Origin: Pseudomonadota bacterium
Lineage (GTDB): Bacteria > Pseudomonadota > Gammaproteobacteria > Xanthomonadales > Rhodanobacteraceae
Direction of reading: 5' to 3'
DNA: 64,000 bases
Assembly: GCA_021793575.1 (NCBI GenBank)
Contig: JAJYSM010000001.1
Location: 3,371-67,370 of the forward strand
Made by a program: the position numbers and the translations under genes. Positions 10,880 through 22,957 of the stretch are shown here, in pieces. Under the pieces are notes generated by a model, which was not told where the DNA came from, did not search any database, and saw only the letters and a list, made by a program, of their open reading frames with translations. Numbering within the stretch: position 1 is the stretch's first letter; every line of letters begins with the position of its first letter.

Positions 10880-12181
10880 ATGAAACCCGAAACCCGCGCG
10901 CTGGCCGCCAAAGGGCTGGCCGAGATCGCGCTGCGCGGCGCCTCGCTGCGCGACGTGATGGCGCGTCAGGCGCCGCAGCTGCACGACCCGCGCGATCGCG
11001 CGCTGCTGATGGCGCTGCTCAGCGAGGGCGCGCGCTGGTGGCTGCGCTTCGACGCGGCGATCGACGGCCTGCTGGAAAAACCGCTGCGGCACAAGGACCC
11101 GGCGATCCACGCGCTGCTGGTGCTGGGGCTGGTGCAGCTGGAGATCCTGCAGCTGCAGGATTATGCGGCGGTGGCCGCCACCGTCGAGGCCGTCCGCGCG
11201 CTCAAGCGTCCGGCGCTGGCCGGTCTGGTCAACGCGGTGCTGCGCCGCTGGCAGCGCGAGCGCGAGACGCGGCTGGCCGCTCTCGACGCGCGCCCCGCCA
11301 CGCGCCACGCGCATCCGGTCTGGCTGGCCGACGCGCTGCGGCGCGACTGGCCGGCGCAGGCCGACGCGGTGATGACCGCCGACAACGGCGAGCCGCCGCT
11401 GATGCTGCGGGTCAACCGCACGCGCAGCGATCGCGACGCGCTGCTGGTGCTGCTGCAGGCGGCCGGCCACGCGGCGACGCTGCATCCGTGGCTGGCTGAC
11501 GCGCTGGTGCTGCCGCACAGCACCGACGTCACCCGCCTGCCCGGCTTCGAGGACGGCGCCTTCGCGGTGCAGGACGGCGCCGCCCAGGTGGCCGCCGACC
11601 TGGCCGATCTCGGCGATGGCCTGCGCGTGCTCGATGCCTGCGCGGCGCCCGGCGGCAAGGCCTGCCATCTGCTCGAACGCGCGCGGATCGAGCTCACCGC
11701 GCTGGAGTCCGACGCCGGGCGCGCCGAACGCATTCGCCAGAACCTGATGCGCTTGCGGCTCGACGCCAAGATCGTGATCGGCGATGCCGGCGCGCCGGCG
11801 GACTGGTGGAAGCGCCAGCCGTTCGACCGCATCCTGATCGACGCGCCGTGCTCGGCCACCGGCGTGCTGCGGCGGCGGCCGGACGTGCGGCTGCACCGGC
11901 GCGAAAGCGACATCGCCGCGATGGGCGCGCAGCAGCGGCGCATTCTTGGCGCGCTGTGGCCGCTGCTGGCGCCCGGCGGACGGCTGGTCTACATCACCTG
12001 CTCGGTGCTGCGCGCGGAGAACGAGGCGGTGGTAGGCGAACTGCTGGCTGCCCAGCCGGATGCGCAGACGCTGGCGTTCACCCTGCCGGTGGGGCAGCCG
12101 GCCGCCGTGGGCTGGCAGATCCTGCCCGGCGACGGCGATCTCGACGGCATGTACTACGCGGTGCTGCAGAAGGGGCGCTGA
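10880..12181 (+). CDS. rsmB: 16S rRNA m5C967 methyltransferase
   Basis: NusB-like N-terminus, VQDGAAQ, LDACAAPGGK, DAPCSATG, YITCS. Confidence 0.95.
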   Translation: MKPETRALAAKGLAEIALRGASLRDVMARQAPQLHDPRDRALLMALLSEGARWWLRFDAAIDGLLEKPLRHKDPAIHALLVLGLVQLEILQLQDYAAVAATVEAVRALKRPALAGLVNAVLRRWQRERETRLAALDARPATRHAHPVWLADALRRDWPAQADAVMTADNGEPPLMLRVNRTRSDRDALLVLLQAAGHAATLHPWLADALVLPHSTDVTRLPGFEDGAFAVQDGAAQVAADLADLGDGLRVLDACAAPGGKACHLLERARIELTALESDAGRAERIRQNLMRLRLDAKIVIGDAGAPADWWKRQPFDRILIDAPCSATGVLRRRPDVRLHRRESDIAAMGAQQRRILGALWPLLAPGGRLVYITCSVLRAENEAVVGELLAAQPDAQTLAFTLPVGQPAAVGWQILPGDGDLDGMYYAVLQKGR

Positions 12182-12237
12182 GCCGGGCGCCGTCGGGCTT
12201 TCGAACGCGACGGTCCGTCCCGCTATGCTGACGGCTG

Positions 12238-13263
12238 TTGCAGCCTGCCGATGGAAGCCGCCGCGTGGCGAAACCCTGTGCACCACTCACCCGAACGGCG
12301 CCGCGCATCCAGCTGCTGGGCCGCGACAACGGCGCGGGCCTCAGCCGCGATCTCAAGCTGCTGGCCGCCGCGCTGCGCCAGGCCGGCGGTGCGCCCAGCA
12401 TCAACGCGCTGCCGCGACGCGGACGCGGCGCCGAATGGCTGACCCGGCTGCGCCTGCTGGGCGCGGCGCCGGCGTTCGAGCTCAACCTGATGCTGGAGCG
12501 GATCCGGCCGGAGTTCGTCCGCGCCGCCAGCCGCAACGTGCTGATCCCGAATCCGGAATATTTCCGGCCGCGCGATCGCGCCGCGCTGCAGGCGATGGAT
12601 GCGGTGTGGGCCAAGACGCGCCACGCCGAGCGGCTGTTCACCGCGCTGGGGGTGCCCACGCAGTTTATCGGCTTCGCCAGCGCGGACCGGTACGATGCGG
12701 GCATCGAGCGCCAGCGCGCCTTCTTCCACGGTCCCGGCCGCAGCGGCAACAAGGGCACCGCGGCGCTGCTGCGGCTGTGGTCTGCGCACCCCGCCTGGCC
12801 GATGCTCACCGTGGCGTGGCGGCGGCGGCAGGTCGAGCCCGGCAGCCTGCCGGCCAACGTGCGCGTGCTGCGCGAGCATCTGGACGACGCGGCCTACCGG
12901 CGACTGCAAAATGCCCACCGCTTCCACCTGTGCCCCTCGCAGACGGAAGGCTACGGCCACTATCTGGTCGAGGCGATGAGCTGCGCGGCGGTGGTGATCA
13001 CGCTGGACGCCGAGCCGATGAACGAGCTGGTCGGCGCCGACCGCGGCCTGCTGGTGCCGGCGCGCGCCATCGGCCAGCAGGATCTGGCGACGCTGTACGA
13101 TTTCGAACCCGCCGCGATGGAACGCGCGGTGGAAAGCTGCCTGCAGATGAGCGACGCCGAAGCCGACCACCTCGGCCGCGCCGCGCGCGCCTGGTACGAC
13201 GCCGAAAGCGCCGCGCTGCCGCAGCGTCTGCGCGCAGCGCTGGATGATCTTCCACAACGATAG
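12238..13263 (+). CDS. Glycosyltransferase (GT-B fold, GT4-like)
   Basis: HLCPSQTEGYGHYLVEAMSC (E-x7-E motif), PMNELV; start uncertain (12238 or GTG 12265). Confidence 0.75.
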   Translation: MQPADGSRRVAKPCAPLTRTAPRIQLLGRDNGAGLSRDLKLLAAALRQAGGAPSINALPRRGRGAEWLTRLRLLGAAPAFELNLMLERIRPEFVRAASRNVLIPNPEYFRPRDRAALQAMDAVWAKTRHAERLFTALGVPTQFIGFASADRYDAGIERQRAFFHGPGRSGNKGTAALLRLWSAHPAWPMLTVAWRRRQVEPGSLPANVRVLREHLDDAAYRRLQNAHRFHLCPSQTEGYGHYLVEAMSCAAVVITLDAEPMNELVGADRGLLVPARAIGQQDLATLYDFEPAAMERAVESCLQMSDAEADHLGRAARAWYDAESAALPQRLRAALDDLPQR

Positions 13264-13299
13264 GCGTCCGGACGTCCAGACGTCCGAAACACCACGGCG

Positions 13300-14127
13300 T
13301 CACTCCTCCAGCAGATCCCGGTGACTATCGACACCCTGCATACAACGCGTCACCCCCTGCGTGCGGGTCGCGTGGAACAGCCGGTTGTTGGGCAGGCTGA
13401 GGTCGTCCACATCCGGCTGCGCGCGCGAGCGGTGCCACAGGTGCACCGCCAGCGCCGCCCACTTCAGCTGACGCCGGCGCACGCCCGCGTTGGCCAGCCG
13501 CGCGGCCAGCTCGCGGTCTTCCGCGCCGTAGCCCTCCATGCGCTCGTCGAAGCCGTTCACGCGCAGCAGGTCGGCGCGCCAGAAGCTCATGTTGCAGCTC
13601 ATCACGCGGCCGCCCGAGCGCGCGCGCGCCTTCCAGCGCGCCAGCGCGGGCTGGCGAAACGCGTACAGCCGGCGGGTGCCGTCGAACTCGTGGAAGTGGC
13701 CGGCCATCCACGGCGCGAACAGCGGCCGGCCGCCGGCGAGCAGGCGCGCGGTTTCCGCCGCGGTGGCCTTGAGCCGACCGCCCTGCAGAAAGCAGCCCGG
13801 TTCGGCCAGCGCCAGATGGTCGGCGATGAACGCCGGGTGCAGCAGCATGTCGCCGTCGATCAGCACCACGTAGTCGCCGCGGCTGGCGGCGATGCCGCGG
13901 TTGCGGCAGCGCGCGGCGCGAAAGCCGCGATCCTGGTGCCACAGGTGGCGCAGCGGCAGCGCCAGCTCGGCGCCGAGGCGCGCGATCAGCTGCGCCGTCT
14001 CCGCGGTCGAGCCGTCGTCGGCGACCAGAACCTCGTCCGGCCGCCGCGTCTGCGCTGCCACGCTGCGCAGCACCTGCTCCAGCGCTGCCGGCCAGTTGTA
14101 GGTGAGCACCACCAGCGACACGCGCAT
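13300..14127 (-). CDS. Glycosyltransferase family 2
   Basis: MRVSLVVLTYNW, VADDGS, CRNRGI, IDGD, NGFDERMEGYGAED. Confidence 0.9.
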   Translation of the reverse strand: MRVSLVVLTYNWPAALEQVLRSVAAQTRRPDEVLVADDGSTAETAQLIARLGAELALPLRHLWHQDRGFRAARCRNRGIAASRGDYVVLIDGDMLLHPAFIADHLALAEPGCFLQGGRLKATAAETARLLAGGRPLFAPWMAGHFHEFDGTRRLYAFRQPALARWKARARSGGRVMSCNMSFWRADLLRVNGFDERMEGYGAEDRELAARLANAGVRRRQLKWAALAVHLWHRSRAQPDVDDLSLPNNRLFHATRTQGVTRCMQGVDSHRDLLEE

Positions 14128-15050
14128 CAGCGGCGCCCGTTGCCACGCAGGCCGCGGCGAAGCATCGCCACGGCGCGCTCCACGCGCTTCCACCACGGCG
14201 CCGGTGCGCGCATCGCGATGCCGGCATACATCCACGCGGTCGCCCAATCCGGCGCCGGCCGGCTGAGGAATTCGGGCTTGGCCAGCTCCAGCGCGTGCGC
14301 ATCGAGGTGGCTGCGCTGCGCGTAGTGATTGATCAGGCTGCGCGAGCGCAGCAGCGCCGGGAACTGCCCGGCCCGGGCCTGATCGTGCCACCAGCCGTTG
14401 CGGCCGTGGATACGGTAGTCGACCGCGCCGGTCGGCAGGAAATACTTGCGCCCGCCGAGCACGCTGGCGCCGAACACGAGGCAGTTGTCGGCGCTGATGC
14501 GCCAGCTGGCCAGCATCTCGGGCGGCAGGTCCAGCACCCGCAGCGCCAGCGCCCGGCGCAGCGACAGCGCCGAGGTCGGTGCGCCGTACCAGCGCGCGCG
14601 CACCCAGGTGGCCAGCACCGTATAGCCCAGATCCTGCGCCTGTTCGGCATAGCCCTGGCGGCCGGATTCGTTGCCGATCAGGCGCACGTCGGAGAACACG
14701 AAATCGACATCGCCGCGCGCGTCGTACAGCGCGCCGATGCGCTCCAGGTAATCCGGCGCCCAGCGGTCGTCCGCATCCAGAAAGCACACCACCTCGCCGC
14801 GGCTCGCCGCCAGCCCGCGCTGGAACGCCGACAGCTGGCCGCCGTTGCCGACGCACAGCAGCGTCACCGACGGCTGCGCCGCGTAGCGCGCCTGCAGCAG
14901 CTCGACCGAACCGTCGCTGGAGCCGTCGTCCACCACCACGATCTCGCACGGCGGACGCGACTGCGCCAGCGCGCTGTCCACCGCCTCGATCACGAACTCG
15001 CGGTAGTTGTAGCTGGTGACCACCACGGAAAATTGGACCGGCGCGGCCAT
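14127..15050 (-). CDS. Glycosyltransferase family 2
   Basis: FSVVVTSYNY, VVDDGSSD, CFLDADD; ATG at 15050. Confidence 0.88.
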   Translation of the reverse strand: MAAPVQFSVVVTSYNYREFVIEAVDSALAQSRPPCEIVVVDDGSSDGSVELLQARYAAQPSVTLLCVGNGGQLSAFQRGLAASRGEVVCFLDADDRWAPDYLERIGALYDARGDVDFVFSDVRLIGNESGRQGYAEQAQDLGYTVLATWVRARWYGAPTSALSLRRALALRVLDLPPEMLASWRISADNCLVFGASVLGGRKYFLPTGAVDYRIHGRNGWWHDQARAGQFPALLRSRSLINHYAQRSHLDAHALELAKPEFLSRPAPDWATAWMYAGIAMRAPAPWWKRVERAVAMLRRGLRGNGRR

Positions 15051-15052
15051 GC

Positions 15053-15991
<939 letters not shown>

Positions 15992-16023
15992 CTGAACCCC
16001 ATCCGGAGAAAATGCACCGGCGG

Positions 16024-17283
16024 TCAGTGTAGCGGCAGCGGCTGTGCCGGATCCCGGCAGTCGCGCGCGCCCAGGCCCAGCGCCAGCGCAAACGGCAGCC
16101 AGATCAGCAGCCAGCCGGGGCGCGGGCTGTCGAGCAATTGCGGCATGTCGAACTGCAGCACCACGCTGGCGAACACCCACAGCGACAGCAGCAGGCGTCC
16201 CTGCGCATGGCCGCGCCAGCGCCAGCCCTGCCAGCCGATCAGCAGCCACAGGATCAGCGTCAGCAGCAGCCCCGGCAGGCCCAGCTCGATCGCCGCCTGG
16301 GTGAACAGGTTGTGGCTGTGGGTGAACTGCTCGCCGGCCACCGCGAAGCGGAACGGCGCGCCCTGGCCCAGCCCGAGCCACGGATGCGCCCGGATCATGC
16401 CGAGCGCGTGCTCGAAGATCTGCGGCCGCAGCGACAGGCCGCGCGCGCCCAGCGGGTCGCTCGACAGCAGCAGCAGCGCCAGCGCGCCGAGCACGGTCAG
16501 CAGCGCCAGCACCCGTGCGGCGCGCCGGCGGTTCCACAGCGGCGCCAGCACCATGCAGGTGCCCAGGCCCAGCCACACGCTGCGGGTATCGGACATCGCC
16601 ACGAAGCCCAGCAGCGGCAGCAGCGCCAGCCAGCGGGCGATGTTCCAGCCGCGCGACGGCGGCGGCAGCTGCAGCATCCACACGCTGGCCACGCCCATCG
16701 CCGCGGCGGCGTAGTTGGCATTCGCCACCACGCCCTCGCCGTCGATGCGGTCACCCGCGTGATAGTGCAGCAGGAACGGCCCGACGAAGGCCAGCGCGCA
16801 AAGCGCCATGCCGATACCGACGCAGCGCAACAGCAGCAGTCCGCGGCGGCCGTCGGGCGCCGCCCAGACGAACCAGCCGAGCGCGAACAGCGCCGCGCTC
16901 AGCACCCGCCCCACCTCCTCGGACGGCCGCTTGAGGCCGGCCCAGCCGAGCGACACCAGTGCCCAGCCCAGCAGCAGCAGGAACACGCGGAACGACCGCT
17001 GCGGCCACAGCTGCTGGCGGATCAGCCGGCCGTGCGTGGCGATCGCCCACAGCGCGGGCAGGTACAGCAGCAGCACCAGGCTCAGCTGGAACGCGCGGCT
17101 GGGGTTGAGCGAGACACCCGCCGGCATCACCAGCATGCCCAGCATCACCCAGACGAGGCCCGCGCCAAGCAGCCGGTGCGCGGGCGTTTGTCCGGCCCAA
17201 AGCTGGCGCATGCCGGTGCTCGCGGTGGTGGTTGGCGTATCCATCTGTCCCGTTATACCTGTGTGCTCGTCAACCGCGCTCAT
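16024..17283 (-). CDS. O-antigen ligase (WaaL/Wzy_C) family membrane protein
   Basis: About 10-12 hydrophobic segments; SDTRS, R-PQIF...PWLGLG, HSHNLF. Start 17283 or 17244. Confidence 0.85.
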   Translation of the reverse strand: MSAVDEHTGITGQMDTPTTTASTGMRQLWAGQTPAHRLLGAGLVWVMLGMLVMPAGVSLNPSRAFQLSLVLLLYLPALWAIATHGRLIRQQLWPQRSFRVFLLLLGWALVSLGWAGLKRPSEEVGRVLSAALFALGWFVWAAPDGRRGLLLLRCVGIGMALCALAFVGPFLLHYHAGDRIDGEGVVANANYAAAAMGVASVWMLQLPPPSRGWNIARWLALLPLLGFVAMSDTRSVWLGLGTCMVLAPLWNRRRAARVLALLTVLGALALLLLSSDPLGARGLSLRPQIFEHALGMIRAHPWLGLGQGAPFRFAVAGEQFTHSHNLFTQAAIELGLPGLLLTLILWLLIGWQGWRWRGHAQGRLLLSLWVFASVVLQFDMPQLLDSPRPGWLLIWLPFALALGLGARDCRDPAQPLPLH

Positions 17284-17409
17284 CCCGCGGGCTTCCATGC
17301 GTGGGTGCGGGGCGGGATTGTGCCATCGGCGCGATGACGTTTCGGTAAATCCGGACACCGGGGTGGCGCGCGCCCTGAGCGGCGCCAGGGATCGGCTAGA
17401 ATCGCCGCC

Positions 17410-18225
17410 ATGTCCACGCTGCCGCTGACCCTCGCCGTCATCACCCACAACGAGGCCGACACCATCGGGCGCTGCCTCGACAGCGTGCCGTTTGCGGCCG
17501 ACAAGCTGGTGGTGGACAGCGGCAGCGACGATGCCACGGTGGCCATCGCGCAGGCGCACGGCGCGCGCGTGGTGTCGCAGGACTGGCTCGGCTTCGGCGC
17601 GCAGCGCAACTTCGCCACCACCCAGTGCCTGCACCCGTGGATCCTGGTGCTGGATGCGGATGAATACCTCACGCCGGAGCTTGCCGCCGAGCTCCAGCAG
17701 CGCCTGCCGGCGCTGATGGCCGGGGATGCTCCGGCGGCGTACCTGCGCCGCCGCACGATCTACATGGGCCGGCCGATGCGCTGGTATCGCCCGGCGATGG
17801 GCGAGAAGCTGGCGCGCCTGTACCACCGCGACCGCGCGCGCTGGAGCGACGCGCGCGTGCACGAATCGCTGCGCTTCGACGGCAGCGCGCCGACGCTGCA
17901 TGCGCCGTTCAACCACCTCAACAACCCGACCCTGGTGCACAAGCAGCTGAAGGTGCTGCGCTACGCCGAGCTGAAGTGCCGCGACTGGCTGGAGAAGGGC
18001 AAGCCGGTGCGCATGTGGCAGGCGCCGTTCGTGTTCGCCACCGCCTTCCTCAAGGACTACGTGTTGCGGCTGGCGTGCCTGGACGGCTGGCGCGGCTTCG
18101 TGATCGCGCACACTGCCGCCAGCTACGCGCTGTACAAGCGCATGCGCCATTTCGAGATGGTCAGCAACCCGGAGTCGGTGGCGCGCGCCGCCGCCGCACT
18201 TCAGCAACATGGCATCGATCGCTGA
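17410..18225 (+). CDS. GT2 glycosyltransferase (WaaE/KdtX-like)
   Basis: ITHNEAD, VDSGSDD, GFGAQRNFA, LDADE, VHESL. Confidence 0.88.
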   Translation: MSTLPLTLAVITHNEADTIGRCLDSVPFAADKLVVDSGSDDATVAIAQAHGARVVSQDWLGFGAQRNFATTQCLHPWILVLDADEYLTPELAAELQQRLPALMAGDAPAAYLRRRTIYMGRPMRWYRPAMGEKLARLYHRDRARWSDARVHESLRFDGSAPTLHAPFNHLNNPTLVHKQLKVLRYAELKCRDWLEKGKPVRMWQAPFVFATAFLKDYVLRLACLDGWRGFVIAHTAASYALYKRMRHFEMVSNPESVARAAAALQQHGIDR

Positions 18226-18305
18226 CCGATGAACGATGCGGATGGCTGGTACGCCATGATCGGTATTCTGCGCCGCCCTCTGTGACAGCACGCCCGAGCC
18301 ACATC

Positions 18306-19331
18306 ATGCCCAAGCACTACCTTCTGTACGGCTCCGAGCGCTACGCGCTGGCCATCCTGCGGCCGCTGCAGGAGGCGATCCGCGCGCGCGGCGACGAGGC
18401 GGCGTGGTTCTTCGACGGGCCGGGCGCGGAGGATCTGCGCGAGGACGAGCGGCTGCTCACGGTGGCGCAGGTGCGCGCGTGGCAGCCGCTCGCCGTGCTG
18501 ACGCCGGGCAATCACCTGCCGCATTTCTTCCCCGGGGTGAAGGTCGAGGTGTTCCACGGCTTCGATGCCGGCAAGCCGCGGCACATCCATATCCGCGGAT
18601 TTTTCGACCTGTACTGCACCACCGGGCCGCGCGACACGCAGGCGTTCGCCGAGGTGGCGGCGCGGCTCGGGCATTTTTCGGTGGCCGAGACCGGCTGGCC
18701 CAAGCTCGACCCGTTCCTGCGCGCCAGCGCCGGGCCGCTGCCACCGCTGCACCAGCCGCCGGTAATCCTGTACCACTCGACCTTCTCGCCGTCGTGGAGC
18801 GCGGCCGACACGCTGTACGAGGAGGTGCGGCGGCTGTCGCGCGACGGCCGCTGGCGCTGGATCGTCACCTTTCATCCGAAGATGAATCCGGCCACCACCG
18901 CGCGCTACAAGGCGCTGCAGAACGACTACCTCAGGTTCGCCGAAAACGACAACATCCTGGAGCTGTTTGCGCAGGTCGACCTGATGTGCTCGGACACCTC
19001 CTCGGCGCTGAGCGAGTTCCTGCTGACCGGCAAGCCGGTGGTGACGTTCCGGAACCGGCGCCCCGGCCCGCAGCTGATCGACATCGACGATCCGGCGCAG
19101 TTCGAGCCGGCGATCGAACGCGCGCTGGCGCGGCCGCCGGCGCTGCTGCAGGCGATCGCCAGCCACGCGGCGGCGATCCACCCGTACCGCGATGGCCGCT
19201 CCAGCGAGCGGGTACTCGATGCGATCGACGCCTTCATCGCCGCCGGCGGGCGCAACCGCCGGCGCAAGCCGCTCAACCTGTGGCGCAAGCTGCGGCTGCG
19301 CCGGCGCATCGGCTACTGGGGTCCGGCCTGA
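18306..19331 (+). CDS. CDP-glycerol glycerophosphotransferase (TagF-like) family protein
   Basis: VFHG, TGWPKLD, YHSTFS, FHPKM, SDTSS motifs. Confidence 0.82.
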   Translation: MPKHYLLYGSERYALAILRPLQEAIRARGDEAAWFFDGPGAEDLREDERLLTVAQVRAWQPLAVLTPGNHLPHFFPGVKVEVFHGFDAGKPRHIHIRGFFDLYCTTGPRDTQAFAEVAARLGHFSVAETGWPKLDPFLRASAGPLPPLHQPPVILYHSTFSPSWSAADTLYEEVRRLSRDGRWRWIVTFHPKMNPATTARYKALQNDYLRFAENDNILELFAQVDLMCSDTSSALSEFLLTGKPVVTFRNRRPGPQLIDIDDPAQFEPAIERALARPPALLQAIASHAAAIHPYRDGRSSERVLDAIDAFIAAGGRNRRRKPLNLWRKLRLRRRIGYWGPA

Positions 19332-19408
19332 GGCAGCCTGACCGGCACGCCACAGTGACGCCCGGTGGTGCAGGCTAGAATCAACGTACTTCCGCCACGA
19401 GTCCGCCT

Positions 19409-21136
19409 GTGTCCGTCAGCGCCTATCGCCGTTCCGAATCCCTGCGCGCCGCGTGGCCGTGGCTGCCGCTGTGGGCGGTGGTGGCGCTGCTGGCGATCTT
19501 CTCGCACGGGCCGATGCCGCTGTATTCCACCCGCACGCTGGCGGTGGCGTGGGAGATGTGGAACCACGGCCAGTGGCTGGTGCCGCACATCAACGGCGAG
19601 CCGTACAGCGAGAAGGCGCCGCTGCTGTTCTGGCTGATCCAGGCCGGCTGGTGGGTGTTCGGCGTCAGCGACGTGTGGCCGCGCGTGCTGGAGGTGCTGA
19701 TCGGCGGCACGCAGCTGCTGCTGCTGTCGCTGCTGGCGCGGCGGCTGTTTCCGGCACGGCCGTGGCTGGCACGGGCCGCACCGTGGATGCTGCTGGCGCT
19801 TGCCTACGCGTTCCTGTTCGGCCTGCAGATCATGTACGACGTGCTGCTGGCGGTGTTCGCGCTGGCGGCGCTGCTGTGCCTGACGCCGAAGCTGCATCGG
19901 GCCGAGCCGCGCTGGCTGCTGTTCGGGCTGTGCATCGGCGCCGGGATGCTGACCAAGGGCCCGGTGATGCTGCTGCACGTGCTGTTTCCGTGGCTGCTCG
20001 GCCCGCTGTGGAACGACTGGGCGCGCCAGCATCGCGCGCGCTGGTACGGCCGCGGCGCGCTGGCCGTGCTGCTGGGTGCCGCGATCCTGCTGGCGTGGGC
20101 GCTGCCGGCCGGCTTTGCCGGCGGCGAGGCGTACCGCCAGCGACTGTTCTTCACCCAGACCGCCGGTCGCGTGGTGGACGGGCTGGCCAAGGGTCAACAT
20201 CTGCAGAGCCACGCGGAACCGCTGTGGTTCTATCTGGCGTGGCTGCCGGTGCTGCTGTTTCCATTCAGCGGCTGGCCGCGCATGTGGGTGGCGCTGGCGC
20301 GCCTGCGCCGTCCGCTCGAACCGGGGCTGCGCTTTGCGCTGTGCTGGCTGCTGCCGGTGTTCGCGGTGTTCTCGCTGATCAGCGGCAAGCAGCTGTATTA
20401 CCCGTTGCCGGAGTTCGGCGGCGTGGCGCTGCTGCTGGCCGCCGCGATCGCCGTGCTGCGCGAGCGCCATCCGCGGCTGGCCGAGCAGCGCTGGCTCGGC
20501 ACCTGGCCGCTGGGCGTGCTCGGCATCGGCGTGGCGCTGGGCCTGTTCGTGCTGCCGCTGCTGGCGCACGGCAGCCACCAGCACAGCGAATGGCAGGACA
20601 CCGTCGCGCCGTACAGCCGTTACTTCAGCGTGGTGTTTCTGCTGCTCGGCGGTCTGCTGCTGCTGCACGGGCGCGGCGAGCTGCGCCGGCTGGCGGTGGC
20701 CGGGCTGGTTGGCACGCTCACCCTCAATACGCTGTTCACGCTGACCCTGTGGCCGCGCTTCGATCTGCGCCCCGCTGCTCGTCTGTTGAGCGCGGCGCAG
20801 CAAGCCCACCGTGCGATCGGCACCCTCGGCACCTACGAGGGCCAGTACCATTTCGAGGGCCGGCTGAACGCACCGATCACCGAGCTGTTCGGCGAGCAGG
20901 CGCTGCAGGACTTCGCCCGCGCACACCCGGACGGGCTGGTGGTGGCGCGGCCGGACAAACTCGACGCCAACGACCTGCGCTATGCGCTGCTGGTGCAGCC
21001 GTTCCGCTCGACCTGGATCGTGATCTGGCCGGCCGCCTCGCTGGCCGCGCTGGACAACGGGCACACGCCACCGGAGCCGGCGCAGCCGACCCAGGTGTAT
21101 CCCGCTCACGGCTGGCGCGATCACGGGCAGCCGTGA
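19409..21136 (+). CDS. ArnT/GT39-family lipid A-modifying membrane glycosyltransferase
   Basis: EMWNHGQWLVPHINGEPYSEKAPL, LTKGPV, KQLYYPLP; multiple transmembrane segments. Confidence 0.88.
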   Translation: MSVSAYRRSESLRAAWPWLPLWAVVALLAIFSHGPMPLYSTRTLAVAWEMWNHGQWLVPHINGEPYSEKAPLLFWLIQAGWWVFGVSDVWPRVLEVLIGGTQLLLLSLLARRLFPARPWLARAAPWMLLALAYAFLFGLQIMYDVLLAVFALAALLCLTPKLHRAEPRWLLFGLCIGAGMLTKGPVMLLHVLFPWLLGPLWNDWARQHRARWYGRGALAVLLGAAILLAWALPAGFAGGEAYRQRLFFTQTAGRVVDGLAKGQHLQSHAEPLWFYLAWLPVLLFPFSGWPRMWVALARLRRPLEPGLRFALCWLLPVFAVFSLISGKQLYYPLPEFGGVALLLAAAIAVLRERHPRLAEQRWLGTWPLGVLGIGVALGLFVLPLLAHGSHQHSEWQDTVAPYSRYFSVVFLLLGGLLLLHGRGELRRLAVAGLVGTLTLNTLFTLTLWPRFDLRPAARLLSAAQQAHRAIGTLGTYEGQYHFEGRLNAPITELFGEQALQDFARAHPDGLVVARPDKLDANDLRYALLVQPFRSTWIVIWPAASLAALDNGHTPPEPAQPTQVYPAHGWRDHGQP

Positions 21137-21459
21137 ACGACGCCCTGATCGCCCGTTTGCGCAGCCAGTGCGGCGGCCCGCGCGATGGCGCGCTGCTGCG
21201 CTTTTCGCTGGGCAACGCGCAGCTGGGCGAAGGCGATGCCGCCGCGGCAATCGACGAACTGCGCCGCGCGCTGGCCTTCGACCCCGGCTATTCGGCCGCA
21301 TGGAAGCTGCTCGGCAAGGCCTGCCTGCAGGCCGGCCAGGCGCAGGCCGCGGCTGACGCCTGGCGCAGCGGCATCGCCGCCGCCGCGCAGCGCGGCGACA
21401 AGCAGGCGGAAAAGGAAATGACGGTGTTTCTGCGCCGGCTGGAAAAACCGCCAGCCTGA
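21133..21459 (+). CDS. Small tetratricopeptide-repeat protein
   Basis: GTG overlaps the upstream TGA; LLRFSLGNA...YSAAWKLLGKA TPR pattern. Confidence 0.8.
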   Translation: MNDALIARLRSQCGGPRDGALLRFSLGNAQLGEGDAAAAIDELRRALAFDPGYSAAWKLLGKACLQAGQAQAAADAWRSGIAAAAQRGDKQAEKEMTVFLRRLEKPPA

Positions 21460-21470
21460 GCAACCGGCGG

Positions 21471-22004
21471 CTACGCGATGCGGCGCAGCTGCCCCGGCGC
21501 CAGGCCGTCCAGCGCGTGCTCGCCGATCCGCACGCGGATCAGCCGCAGGGTCGGAAAGCCCACCGCGGCGGTCATCCGGCGCACCTGCCGGTTGCGCCCC
21601 TCGCCCAGCGTGAGGCTGAGCCAGCTGGTGGGAATCGCCTGGCGAAAGCGCACCGGCGGATCGCGCGGCCACAGCCACCCTGGCTCGTCCGCACGCTCGG
21701 CCAGCGCGGGCAGGGTCGGGCCGTCCTTCAGCCGCACGCCGTCGCGCAGGGCCTGCAGCGCGGCCGCGTCGATCGCACCCTCGACCTGCACCAGGTAGGT
21801 CTTGGGCTGCTTGTGGCGGGGGTCGGTGAGGCGGTGCGCCAGCCGACCGTCATCGGTCAGCAGCAGCAGGCCTTCGCTGTCCTGGTCCAGCCGTCCAGCC
21901 GCATAGACGTCCGTTTGCTGCACGTAGTCGGCCAGCGTGCGGCGGCCGGCCGCGTCGGTGAACTGGCACAGCACGCCGTAGGGCTTGTTGAAGGCGATCA
22001 ACAT
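21471..22004 (-). CDS. rluE: rRNA pseudouridine synthase (RluE-like)
   Basis: [36 protein letters not shown]. Confidence 0.88.
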   Translation of the reverse strand: MLIAFNKPYGVLCQFTDAAGRRTLADYVQQTDVYAAGRLDQDSEGLLLLTDDGRLAHRLTDPRHKQPKTYLVQVEGAIDAAALQALRDGVRLKDGPTLPALAERADEPGWLWPRDPPVRFRQAIPTSWLSLTLGEGRNRQVRRMTAAVGFPTLRLIRVRIGEHALDGLAPGQLRRIA

Positions 22005-22027
22005 GGCAATGGTCGCGACATGTCGCC

Positions 22028-22957
22028 TCAGCGGGGCGGACTGGCCGGCCCGGCGGCCGGCGGTGCCAGCGGCTTGACGAAGCGCAGCGTCATGCGGTCG
22101 GACTCGCCGATCGCCAGATACTTCGCGCGATCCTGTTGACCGAGCGCCAGCGTGGGCGGCAGCGTCCAGACGCCTTTCGGATAATCCTTCGTATCCCTGG
22201 GGTTGGCATTGATCTCGCTGGCCTGCTCCAGCACGAAGCCGGCGTCGGTGGCCAGCTTCACCACGTAGCGGGTGGGCAGGTAGCCGCTGGATTTCACCGT
22301 CGCCAGCGCCGCATCGGCGTCGGCGCGGTGATCGACCACGCCAAGCACGCCGCCCGGCCGCAGCACCGCATGGAACGCCTTGAACATCGCCGGCGCGGTG
22401 CCGGCCATCACCCAGTTGTGCACGTTGCGGAAGGTCAGCACGCGATCGGCTGAGCCCGGCGGCCCGAACACCGGCGCGCGCGGATCGAACTCGACGACTT
22501 GCGCATGGCCGTAGCGCACCGCATCGGCGGCGAACTTGCGTCGCAGCGCGTCGCCGTCGCGGCGCGCCTCGGCATCAGCGCCGGGCGCCGGCACCGCGGC
22601 GATGTAGTGGCCGTTGTCGTGCAGCAGCGGCGCCAGGATCTCGCTGTACCAGCCTCCGCCGGGAGTGATCTCGATCACCGTCTGATCCGGCCGGACGCCG
22701 AAGAACTGCAGCGTGGCCTTGGGGTGGCGGTACACATCGCGGGCGCGGTTGGCGGCCGAGCGCCAGCTGCCGGCGAGCACCTGGTCCAGCTGCATCGCGG
22801 TGAAATCGCGGGCGCTGGTCGGTGGCACCAGCGCGTCGGTCGGCTGGTCCTCGGCCGAGTCGGCCGGGGCCATCTGCGCGGCGACCGGTGCGGTCGCTCC
22901 GAGGCAGGCCGCCAGCAGCAGCATCGCGCAGGCCGCTCTCAGGCGATCGACTTGCAT
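22028..22957 (-). CDS. Predicted exported class I SAM-dependent methyltransferase (COG4798-like)
   Basis: Signal peptide, [40 protein letters not shown]. Confidence 0.8.
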   Translation of the reverse strand: MQVDRLRAACAMLLLAACLGATAPVAAQMAPADSAEDQPTDALVPPTSARDFTAMQLDQVLAGSWRSAANRARDVYRHPKATLQFFGVRPDQTVIEITPGGGWYSEILAPLLHDNGHYIAAVPAPGADAEARRDGDALRRKFAADAVRYGHAQVVEFDPRAPVFGPPGSADRVLTFRNVHNWVMAGTAPAMFKAFHAVLRPGGVLGVVDHRADADAALATVKSSGYLPTRYVVKLATDAGFVLEQASEINANPRDTKDYPKGVWTLPPTLALGQQDRAKYLAIGESDRMTLRFVKPLAPPAAGPASPPR

